Source of the DNA: Podarcis bocagei
Taxonomy: Eukaryota
DNA: 64,000 bases
Reading direction: 5' to 3' (one strand)
NCBI GenBank assembly: GCA_964188305.1
Contig: OZ076893.1
A program made the position numbers and the translations under genes. The notes beneath the pieces are model-generated. The model had not been told where the DNA came from, searched no databases, and worked only from the letters and a program-made list of their open reading frames with translations. Positions 41,272 to 52,311 of the stretch are shown here, piece by piece (the first letter of the stretch is position 1; the number at the start of each line of letters is the position of its first letter).

Positions 41272-41370
41272 CTTCCACATTTTTGCAGTGATGACACCTG
41301 AATCTTAGGCTGACCACACAGACCAGGATAATTACAATCACCACCAGAATGGCAATGAAGCTGATAACAC
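41272..41370 (-). CDS. ECSCR: ECSCR transmembrane exon (GVISFIAILVVIVIILVCVVSLRFRCHHCKNVE)
   Basis: tatccag/gtatta junctions, 99 nt; close match to human GVISFIVILVVVVIILVGVVSLRFKCRKSKESE. Confidence 0.93.
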
Positions 41371-43039
41371 CTGGATAACGAGGAAAACAAGACCCATAAT
41401 GGCAGCCATTGGTAGTTTTCCATTCAACATCTGTTAGAATCAGTGACAACAAATAGGGTTGACAGTGCTGCCAATCACTACTTAAAACCCAAACTTGCCA
41501 ATGTAGTTAAAAATGGGTGGGAGCACAATCAACGACAGCCAAGAGCGTCCCAATACAACAATTGGTGTGGTTGTCTAGTGTCTCGGAGGGTTTAAATTTC
41601 TGTAAATCCAGGTGGGAGCAGAGACAAGTGCAGCAAGTCATAATGTTTCAAAAATGTAGAGTCTGCATATTTTTTAATCTCCTGTATCTGAACATCAAAT
41701 GGAGTTATTGAATAAACAGAAATTCTCTTAAGCCTATTAACAAATGCCCCAGAAGAAATTTCGCTGGCAGCCCTGGAACAGCTGGAATGTACCAGTGCAC
41801 TGCAGTGACAAATTCTTTACTACTGCCAAGTGCCAGCATTGTGGCAATAGGCCGGTGCATGTTCTTTCAGGAAGAGCTATCAGTACTGGACAGCACAGCA
41901 GCATTGTGCAAAGTGGTAACGTGGCAGAGATTTGGATGGCCTTGTGTGTTCATGAGTGATTGCTCTGTCAGCCCTGTCCACCAATTTCCGTGCATTCAAT
42001 GTGACATTTATAAAGGACAGCCTATTCACACAATGCTCTCTGCAGTCTGAAAACCCAGTACTTTCCTAGCTGAGTGGGCAGCCTGCATATACACATTTGT
42101 GTGCAAATAGGCTCCCTTGAAAACGTACACATCAGGGATGGGGCCAGCAGGGTTCACCACATCAGGCTCTCTCTCCATGTTTTAAGTGTATATGTGGAAT
42201 GGAATAACTGAAAAGACTTGATGTACCTTTGAGACAGTGAACCCAGAGAATAGTTTGTGGGGCACCTAATGTATAAGGTGTCTGCAGCTAAGCAGATCTC
42301 AGTCTGGCCATTGCTTCAATGCAACCACACCTCACCCACACTGCTTTTGAGGTCCTTTCAGAATGGGTAGAACAAAAAAGTAGCAGTCAACCATTTGTGC
42401 TCAACTCCTCTATTTGTGTTCTGTCCTTCCTCCAGATAATTTATAATTTTATTCTGTGTATGCTTATGTTCTTTACTCCCAGGTAAGTGTTCATAGGAGC
42501 TCATACATTCTTGGGGCACTTTAGGCAATACAGGCACTCTAAGTACATTTGAGAATGAATTTGACAAAATTAAAATTAACAAATACTATGGGCTCTATGC
42601 AAAACAGTGTTCCCCCATCCCTCTGGACAGTAGCATTGCATCCTTTATTAGCGCCCAGTGTGTGTGCGCACCAGGCAGGACCAGGGGCTAGGTGCAGAGG
42701 GTGAACAAAACCTGCCACTCCACCGCCAAGCAGGTGCGGGGATGCATTGCGCTGCTTGCCCACCCGTGCAGGGGGAGCCCTTGGTGAGGGGGCTGGGGCG
42801 CAGTGGCAAGACTGGGCTCTGGGAGCCAGAGACCTCCGGCAGCAGGCAGGGCGGGAATCCCTGTGGGGGGGCCCTGACTCACACCCCCTGAAAACCATGT
42901 GCCCTGAGCTATGATCCTCCCCACACTACACCCCTGCCTCTGGAGACATTTTTGGGACAGTGCAGGGCATGTGTGGGGCAAGAAGGATGTTCTGTTGTGC
43001 TACTGCAATTTTGTAGTTGAATGCCGCTTTGTGAATCCT

Positions 43040-43440
43040 TAGAGAAATTGGAGTTCATGTTGACACTACACTGAAAAGGGTATATCAAGAACTCTGGCCA
43101 AAAGTTTCAATGTAAGGAATAATTCCTACTCAAGAGTTGAAATGAAAAGCGTGTATATTCTGCTAAGAATAACAGTTTGAAGCTAGTGGTAAGTTTAAAC
43201 ACAACGTATAAATACAATAGTTTTAAAGTAATGGTAAGTTTGGATACAACGTTTAAGTACAGAAATAATGTAGTTTCAAATATACAGTGATATAGTACAA
43301 AGGTACATGAAATACCAGTGCACAACAATTGTTTTATACAAGTCTTAGCAGAATATACACGTTTTTCATTTCAACTCTTGAGTAGGAATTATTCCTTACA
43401 TTGAAACTTTTGGCCAGAGTTCTTGATATACCCTTTTCAG
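43040..43440. repeat. Insertion with 98-bp inverted repeat (43071-43168 / 43343-43440)
   Basis: 97/98 complementary; direct repeat (g)ctttgtgaatcct on both flanks. Confidence 0.9.
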
Positions 43441-43676
43441 CTTTGTGAATCCTGACTTCTTTTTTGCTAAGCTCTACAAACTACTACTGATAAGGTGTTC
43501 TTTGGGGGCAAGAGTGTGGAGGTATAATCAGAATACTGATTTCCGTAAGATATAAATATTTTTAAAATACTTGGAAAAATATTTAATGCTGGCACTCTTT
43601 AAACACATCTGTCCTATTACTGTCCTATTACTTTCTGTCAAAAATTGTGACACCTCATCTTAATGTCTTTACTCAC

Positions 43677-43793
43677 CAGTTGCTGCCACTGTTAGTGCTG
43701 CTGATTTTTCTTCTGTAGGGGAAGGGATAGTGAGAAAATCTGTATATACGTACAGGAGACCTTTCGTGGGAGAGGTGGCCCCGTTATATATAC
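43677..43793 (-). CDS. ECSCR: ECSCR juxtamembrane exon (...DFLTIPSPTEEKSAALTVAAT-G)
   Basis: gtgagt donor certain; matches human DATILPSPTSETVLTVAAFG; acceptor ambiguous (in-frame AGs giving exon starts at 43802, 43793 or 43739). Confidence 0.8.
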
Positions 43794-44638
43794 CTGTGGA
43801 AACTAAGAAATAGGAAGGTATAGAGACATTGAGAGGCGGATTAAAATGAAGAGGCAATGGATTGGGGTAAGACCCTGCATCTACTACTACCTTTGTTACT
43901 GACGTTTTTTTCCTGACTCAAAACAGCATTTCATTCCCAAGGTTGTTGTTTTTTTTAAAAAAAAGATTAGACAATGATAGATTTCTTGAAAATTTATAGA
44001 TTAACTGCCTTTTTGATTGGATAGCATGTTTTGTGGTTTATACTGTAATGACCATTGGCTATAAACAATGAAATGGGATGAATGGACTCGAGTGCTGGCT
44101 GGAGAGGGAGGACCCAACTGGCCTCAGCGCAGCATGGCTTCTCCTCCCCAGCTTCCTTGCTGTCCAGCATCAGCATCCTTTGCCTCAGCTGCCAAACAAG
44201 GATGGCTGCCCCTAGTATATGGAGGGCAAAGGAGACCCAGGGCACAGTCAGTGTGCTCACGCCAACTTCTTTCCTGTCTCAGTACCCTTACATGTGTTCT
44301 GCGTAAATATTCACAGTAAAATATCCAAGAACCAGTCAGGGTTAGGAAAATACCGCTCTCTTCTCTGACAAAGAAAATGGTGATGCAGAACAACAACAAG
44401 ACGAGGCATAAAATCCACTGACCATCCAAAATACCTTTTGGCCACTATGAATTTAGCTGTATGGAACTGCATCTGACCTAGCAAAAATAAGTTTACATTC
44501 CCTTTCTCACCTAAATCAAGCAACCATCAGTTTTGTAATATAAGAACATTCATTACCACAGGATGCTGAGAGCTACTTGTTTATAATGCATAATAGTAGC
44601 ATGTTGAAATGAGAAGTGATGGTCTGGCATTTTCCTAC

Positions 44639-44665
44639 CAAAGGGTCTGCCCACTGTAAGTAATC
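44639..44665 (-). CDS. ECSCR: Possible ECSCR 27-nt micro-exon (GLLTVGRPF)
   Basis: tctaac branch-like sequence, pyrimidine tract + ctcag, gtagga donor, symmetric phase 1; splice signals only. Confidence 0.3.
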
Positions 44666-44826
44666 CTGAGTACAGGTGTTAGAGATGAAAGGGAGGATAA
44701 AGAGCCATCACGGATATTTTGCCCTTGCCCTCCATCAGGATCACACAAAGGGTTCCCTCATCGCTTTACTGGAACTCATTGAAAAGGTAAAGCCTTTTAA
44801 TAGCAGGGTAATCGTAGAGGGTCTAC

Positions 44827-44874
44827 CTGCTGAGGATGGCTGGATGAAGCTTCCATTTTTCTTGGGCACAGACT
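44827..44874 (-). CDS. ECSCR: Probable ECSCR ectodomain exon (ESVPKKNGSFIQPSSA)
   Basis: Polypyrimidine tract + tgtag, CAG|gtagac donor, 48 nt symmetric phase 1, NGS sequon; homology weak. Confidence 0.5.
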
Positions 44875-46284
44875 CTACAGGCAAATCGGAAAATAGGAGA
44901 GCAGTTAGGATATATATCTTTTGTGGGGACATGTTGGTTTTGCTACATTATCTGACATCCAAAACAAAGGCTATATGGCCAATTTTACCTCCAAGTGACC
45001 CATTTGTTGCTAATGCCTATTTTCCCGCGCGCACACACACACACACACACACACGTTAGCTAAATATCTTAAATATCTGAATTCAGTTCAGTAAAATCTG
45101 TCCTAATGTCTTGCTCCTCAACAGAAAGCTCAACATCTCAATTCACATGTACTGATCTCCTTCAAGTCTACATACTGACATTAGATGGCCAAATCAGGCC
45201 CTCAAAGTTCCCTCTATACTAATCAGAGCATGTTAATAATAATCCAGGGTTAGGGATTAGGTTCTGGTCCCTGCAGCACCCATGGGGGCGGGGGGGGGGC
45301 ACACAGGAGCCGCCTTGCGCAAGTGGAAGCCTTTCTGCAGGGCTTCCGCTGATGGGTCTCATTTGTTGAATCCTGCCCATTGCATCTGCTCTCTGACAGT
45401 GTAGGCCCTCCACAAGGACTTTCTGCTTATGCAGTGAGGCTTTTCCCTGCCTCCTCTTCTCTGTGCCCCTGCGCTCAGACTGGCTCTGGGGGCTTGGGAG
45501 AACCCCCAGAACAGCGCATGTGGGCAGGAGAGCAGGGATCTATAAATCTGGCAAACCACACTCCTTGCATAGCTGGAACAACTGGAAGAGAATGACATGG
45601 AATTCCCTCTGTATTTTAGTCATCAGCACATCCTCGCTTTATCCATCAGTGTATCCTGCGTACACTCAGTATAATTTAACCCCCAAAAAATGATGAAGAA
45701 TTATGTTGTTTTCCACATCATATATTCATTCAGCTTTTGTTTTAATTAGCAGTTCCATCAGCTTTTCTTCAACAAAACAGGCACCATTGTCCTTTTGGTG
45801 AAACAGCCACACCTTTGTTACAGAAATTGTGTATTAAAGGCCCTAGTCAATCTGTAATCCTTAAACTCTGAAATATATGTATTGCACAACAGGAATGCAG
45901 TTTTTTAGAGCCAGATTTGTTAAAAGATCTGCACCTCTTTCAGCCAAAGGAACTAGATTTGCATGAATACTGAGTGAGAACTGCTTTACTTTGCTCCTTG
46001 ATGAATTGATTAATCTGTGTTGTATTGAATTAGAACATAGATTCATCTTACTCAGCATTGTGTACACTGACTGAAAGCAGCTCCCCAGAGTTTCAGGCAG
46101 AGAGAAATCTTTTGCGGCCCTGCAGCCTGAGATTTTAACTGTAGATGCCAAGGACTGGAATTTATCCATTCAAAACACAAACTCACCATTGCCCTCCATT
46201 TGAACAGGATTAAGGTGGCAATCATAAGCCCCATTGGAACTTTCCCCTCAGACTTGCATAGAACTGGGCAATAAAGTATCTTAC

Positions 46285-46342
46285 CTTGAAGAAGAACAGA
46301 GTCACATAACCAGAAAAACATCAAAAAATGTAAAGCTATCAT
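46285..46342 (-). CDS. ECSCR: ECSCR first coding exon, signal peptide (MIALHFLMFFWLCDSVLLQ-G)
   Basis: ATG at 46342, hydrophobic 19 aa, strong AG|gtaaga donor, phase 1; analogous to the human signal peptide ending LLFRG. Confidence 0.7.
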
Positions 46343-46802
46343 TATGTCTTCCACTCCTCAGAAACTTGAAGCTCTGTCCATTCTGCAGTCTGGGAGAACA
46401 AAAAACAACCAGGAGAGAAGTTTGTCTGCATGTGCTGATTGTCCAAGAGCTTCCTGTTAAAGAATAGAAGGAAGCAGACTGAGTCAACAAGGGGATTGAC
46501 GCTGTGGAATACTTCTCTTGCCCATTATAGTTCCAAAGGAAATGAAACAGAATTTACCGGCCACAAAAGAAATTTCAATATTGTTGTTGTGAGGAGTCTC
46601 TACGCTTACGAGAAATTTGTGGGGAATGAAAATGAATGAAAATAAGTACACAGGAATATTTAACCTTACTTCTGGTCTCTGTTTTGAAAGAAGGACTATC
46701 GGCCTGTGTGCAGAGTTTAGCAGTCTGGTGCTTTTGAAATATACTCATTCTGTTCAAAGGGTTTGCTGTCTCTTCCTGTCCAGTCCTCAAAACTCTCCAT
46801 TT

Positions 46803-47106
46803 GATAATAATAATAATAATAAATTTTATTTATATCCCGCCCTCGCCAGCCAAAGCCGGGCTCAGGGCGGCTAACAACAATCACATAATCAAACAATCAA
46901 ATAATCTAACATTCTAAAACATTTCATTATAACAATTAATTAAAATCAAATTAATGGCAACCGTTAAGCAAAGTTCTGTGCAGGTTGCCAGAGGAGGGAG
47001 TCAGGCTGGGCCCTGACCAAAGTGGAACAACTCTGTCTTGCAGGCCTTGCGGAAAGATGTCAGGTCCCGCAGGGCCCTAGTCTCTTGTGACAGAGCGTTC
47101 CACCAG
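46803..47106 (-). mobile_element. L2-type LINE 3' end
   Basis: (AAT)n tail then atttatatcccgccc; resembles other L2 tails. Confidence 0.7.
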
Positions 47107-47454
47107 CGTTCATTTGAGGCAAATGAACTATGAACCCCATAATTTGGAATCTCCTCCAAACCTGTGACAAAGTTTTGCAGTTCTTTTGCAGCAAAACCCC
47201 TGCATTTTGCAGCCCCACCAGTGGAGCAATTACTATATTCAAACTGGGGGTCATTGCTATTACTCCAGAACCCAACATTGTGTGATTCAGGATGGAGAGA
47301 TAAGACTTTTGAGAAACTTCAAGATTCACTTCTGCCCCAAGTCACAATGGGAGACGACATCTGCTGGGAATTGAAAGAAACAACACCATTTATGGTCGGA
47401 AGGAATCTCCATGGGCATAACAGTATTCATGAGCAGGGCAGAACAAATATAGTA

Positions 47455-47673
47455 CAGTCATACCACATGTTACGGACGCTTCAGTTTACGTGTTTTCGGG
47501 TTGCGGACCGCAGGAAACCCGGAAGTACCAGAACAGGTACTTCTGGGTTTCGCCTCTCGCGCATACGCAGAAGCGCCAAATCGCGCCTGCGCAGACGCGC
47601 CACTTCAGGATGCGACCGCTGCGGGTTGCGGACATCCCTCCACGGATTACGTCCGCAACCCGAGGTTCCACTG
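47455..47673. mobile_element. CpG-rich Tc1/mariner-type MITE
   Basis: TA-cagt...cactg termini; internal palindromic ccgcaacccg motifs. Confidence 0.65.
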
Positions 47674-49016
47674 TGGTTTGAGTTCCTCACTTGAAGTTTT
47701 ATAAATTTATATAACAACACGAATGGAAATCATTCATTATGCAGCCATTGATTAAGGGATTGTTATTATAACTGAAATTAATAAGATTATGGAATGCAGT
47801 GATATAAGATTGGAAATGCATCCAATCTACCATGCGGGGAGCCACTTTAATTAAAATGTATTAAATGGAAGTTGATTGGTATTTGAATAATTGTATTACG
47901 TAATTGGGAATGAATTGATAGTGTTATAATTTGGCTATTATTGGGGGAATATTGAAAAATTAATAAAAACTTGTTTTTTTTAAAAAAACAACATTGTGTG
48001 ATTCACTCTAAAGCAGTGCCAAAGTGTGACAACAGTTTTGCAGCAAAACCCCTGCATTTTGCAACACCCCACAAATTGAGTGATTCCTCAGTAATGGCAG
48101 AAGCATAATGTGTGCTGAGTGAATGAAAACAGAACAGTCTGGGGAATGTGTGAGCTTTATGTGCACAGATTTCATCTTTTAAAGCTTGTAAGATTAAAAC
48201 ACAATTTATAAATTGTAATGTGTTGTAAAATTGAGTCTTTGGGAAGATAGCAATGCAGTGGTTTTGTGCTTTCATTAACAGAGTTCCCTCCCTAATTCTC
48301 CCCTCTCCCGTATTACAAATTTGGGGTTGTAAGAATATGCTGCTATTGAATGACGGCTAAGACTGGTGATCCTTTGTCAAATTGTCTGAGAGATAAATAG
48401 CTTAATGGCATCCATTCAGGAGTTACTCAAATTTTAAAGGCTGCAATACTGAAATATTGTAATCTTTACAGAGGTAAGTATTGGGGTGGGAGAGCTGAAA
48501 ATAATGCCAACATATTTCACATCTGGCATCCAACGTACCACTTTGGTTTCAGTACGTTGGGTAGACAAGGTTATGAAGCCCAGGACACAAATTTTCACGG
48601 CCCTAACAGCTTTGGTGGCTCATTCACTAGTATTCTGGCCAAACTAAGCCTCCTAAAGCAAAATATACATCAGGATTAACCCCCCCCCCATAGAATCATA
48701 GAATTGAAGACTTGGGAGGGATACCCAAAGGTCATCCAGTCCACCCCACTGCAAATATGACCATAAAACCTTCATCCTCCAATTTCAATCTAACAGCATC
48801 AAACGTGAAAGAAAAGAAAACGCTAAGAGTGTACTTCATGTTTCAGAGAAACACCCCTCGCACTGTATTCAGATCTCAAGATTCACACTGTCACTCAAGA
48901 AAAAATATATAGATAAATTGTCTCATCTGGGTCTGAGTGTTATATATAATCATGTGCAAGAAGTATCGGCCACAGTAACAAATGTACTGTGTAAACAATA
49001 CATGGAAAATTGTACT

Positions 49017-49490
49017 CTAGGCGGTTTCCAGCACATACAGTATAAAAACACAATAAAACATCAAACATCAAAAACTTCCTGGCCGGGGCTGCACCAACAC
49101 TTTGAATTGGTTTCAGAAACATACTGTGAGCCAATGTAGATCCTTTAGGACAGGTGTCATGTGGTGCCGGTGGCTGCTCTCAAGTCACCAGTCTAGCTGC
49201 CGCATTCTGGATTTAGTTGTAGTTTCGGTGTCCCCTTCAAAGGTAGCCTCACATAGAGTGCATTGCAAAAGTCCAAGCAGGAGATAACCAGGGCATGTAC
49301 CACTCTGGCGAGACAGAGCGCAGGCAGTGAGGATCTCAGCCGGTGTACCAGATGGAGCTAGTAGATGGCTGCCCTGGACACAGAATTAACCTGTGCTTCC
49401 TTGGACAGCTGTAAATCCAAAATGTCTCCCAAGCTGTGCACCTGGTCCTTCAGGCACACAGTTATTCCATTCAGGACCAGGGAGTCCCCC
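49017..49490 (-). mobile_element. Degraded L2 fragment
   Basis: Reverse complement of about 39740-40130 plus tail remnants. Confidence 0.8.
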
Positions 49491-50329
49491 ACAGCTACCT
49501 GGGGATGAAGGTTTCATGGCCATATTTTCAGTGGGGTGCACTAGATGACCTTGGGGGTCCCCTCCAAGTCTTCAATTCTATGATTCTATGGGGGGGGGTT
49601 TGGGGGGGGTTAATCCTGATGCATATTTTGCTTTAGGAGGCTAAAATTGGTCAGAATCGGGTGTACACTTCCAGAATTAATGTTAAATACATTACTTCTG
49701 GTAAATGAGCCACCATAACCGCTAGAAGGCTGGGCAAATTTGTGTCATGCGCTTTTTAGACTTGTCTACCCATGTGCTATCTGTGATTCCCCACCCCCAG
49801 CTCTCCCACCCCACTAAAGAGGAATTCAGTGTAGTTCCTGAATACCTACAGGAAATTTTTTTGTGACTGTGGAACCAGAAATCAAGAAAGCTGCTCATGA
49901 AAGGTCACCTGTAGGATTTGAATTATAAAATTAAATGGAGAGGGGAGTCATTACCAAGAATTCGGATTTACCAGACATATTTGAAAGTAGTGACTTGCAA
50001 GTTCTCTTTCTCAAAGGGACTAACATGAAGAGCCCTTGGGGGCATCTTCAACATATGTGTGCTTTAAACTTATCATACAATAAAAAATGGAGTTTTTCTT
50101 TTTTACCAAGAATGTGTTTGTACACCAGTCTGCATCTCAGTCAGGCACCAGTTTGGAGTGAATCGGATAACACCGGGTTTGTAGCAATTGCTCAGTTTGT
50201 GGAGTGCTGCAAAATGTGGGGTTTTCACTGCGAAACGCTACAAAACAGCAGCAAAAGTTTGACATCAGTTTGGAGGGGGTTCCAAATTTTGGGTTTTGTA
50301 CTGTAGTTAATGCTTAGTATGAACCCCAT

Positions 50330-52311
50330 ATTAGTATGAACTATGGGTGGAGGCTCGCAACATTATACAGGAGGCAGCAACTAAAACCATCCCAATGAAA
50401 AAGAAATGCAAGAAAGCAAAGTGGCTGTCCAACGAGGCCTTACAAATAACGGGGGAGAGAAGGCAAGCAAAATGCGAGGGAGATAGTGAAAGATACAGGA
50501 AATTGAATGCAGATTTCCAAAGAATAGCAAGGAGAGACAAGAAGGCCTTCTTAAACGAGCAATGCAAAGAAATAGAGGAAAGCAACAGAATGGGAAGAAC
50601 CAGAGATCTGTTCAAGAAAATCGGAAATATGAAAGGAACATTCCGTACAAAGATTACCATAATAAAGGACAAAAGTGGTAAAGACCTAACTGAAGCAGAA
50701 GACATCAAGAAGAGGTAGCAAGAATACACAGAGGAATTATACCAGAAAGATATGGATGTCTCGTACACCCCAGGTAGTGTGGTTGCTGACCTTGAGCCAG
50801 ACATCCTGGAGAGTGAAGTCAAATGGGCCTTAGAAAGCACTGCAAATAACAAGGCCAGTGGAAGTGATGGTATTCCAGCTGAACTGTTTAAAATTTTAAA
50901 AGATGATGCTGTTAAAGTGCTACACTCAATATGCCAGCAAGTTTGGAAAACTCAGCAGTGGCCAGAGGATTGGAGAAGATCAGTCTACATCCCAATCCCA
51001 AAGAAAGGCAGTGCCAAAGAATGCTCCAACTACCGCACAATTTCACTCATTTCACATGCTAGCAAGGTTATGCTTAAAATTCTACAAGGAAGGCTCAAGC
51101 AGTATGTGGACCGAGAACTCCCAGAAGTGCAAGCTGGATTTAGAAGAGGCAGAGGAACCAGAGACCAAATTGCAAACATGCGCTGGATTATGGAGAAAGC
51201 TAGAGAGTTCCAGAAAGACATCTACTTCTGCTTCATTGACTATGCAAAAGCCTTTGACTGTGTTGACCACAGCAAACTATGGCAAGCTCTTAAAGAAATG
51301 GGAGTGCCTGATCACCTCATCTGTCTCCTGAGAAATCTCTATGTGGGACAAGAAGCTACAGTTAGAACTGGATATGGAACAACTGATTGGTTCCAAATTG
51401 GGAAAGGAGTACGGCAAGGCTGTATATTGTCTCCCTGCTTATTTAACTTATATGCAGAATTCATCATGCGAAAGGCTGGGCTGGATGAATCCCAAGCCGG
51501 AATTAAGATTGCCGGAAGAAATATCAACAACCTCAGATATGCAGATGACACAACCTTGATGGCAGAAAGTGAAGAGGAATTAAAGAACCTTTTAATGAGG
51601 GTGAAAGAGGAGAGCGCAAAATATGGTCTGAAGCTCAACATCAAAAAAACGAAGATCATGGCCACTGGGCCCATCACCTCCTGGCAAATAGAAGGGGAAG
51701 AAATGGAGGCAGTGAGAGATTTTACTTTCTTGGGCTCCATGATCAGTGCAGATGGTGACAGCAGTCACGAAATTAAAAGACGCCTGCTCCTTGGGAGAAA
51801 GGCGATGGCAAACCTAGACAACATCTTAAAAAGCAGAGACATCACCTTGCCAACAAAGGTCCGTATAGTAAAAGCCATGGTTTTCCCAGTAGTGATGTAT
51901 GGAAGTGAGAGCTGGACCATAAAGAAGGCTGATCGCCGAAGAATTGATGCTTTTGAATTATGGTGCTGGAGGAGACTCTTGAGAGTCCCATGGACTGCAA
52001 GAAGATCAAACCTCTCCATTCTGAAGGAAATCAGCCCTGAGCGCTCACTGGAAGGACAGATCGTGAAGCTGAGGCTCCAATACTTTGGCCACCTCATGAG
52101 AAGAGAAGACTCCCTGGAAAAGACCCTGATGTTGGGAAAGATGGAGGGCACAAGGAGAAGGGGACGACAGAGAATGAGATGGTTGGATGGTGTTCTTGAA
52201 GCTACCAGCATGAGTTTGATCAAACTGCGGGAGGCAGTGGAGGACAGAAGTGCCTGGCGTGCTCTGGTCCATGGGGTCACGAAGAGTCGGACACGACTAA
52301 ACAACAACAAC
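50330..52311 (+). mobile_element. BovB (RTE-clade) LINE, 5'-truncated, RT domain intact
   Basis: GVRQGCILSP and LRYADD motifs; 3' end gtcacgaagagtcggacacgactaa(aac)n; 11-bp TSD atgaaccccat; one nonsense codon at 50716-50718. Confidence 0.96.

Noticed and set aside
41880-42050. Possible extra minus-strand ECSCR exon after a ttttcag acceptor
   Set aside because: Ends in a stop, shows no ECSCR homology, and the flanking exons already join in phase.
47164-47720. 176-aa ORF and CpG-rich patch upstream of ECSCR
   Set aside because: Chimeric across unique sequence and a MITE; no protein similarity.
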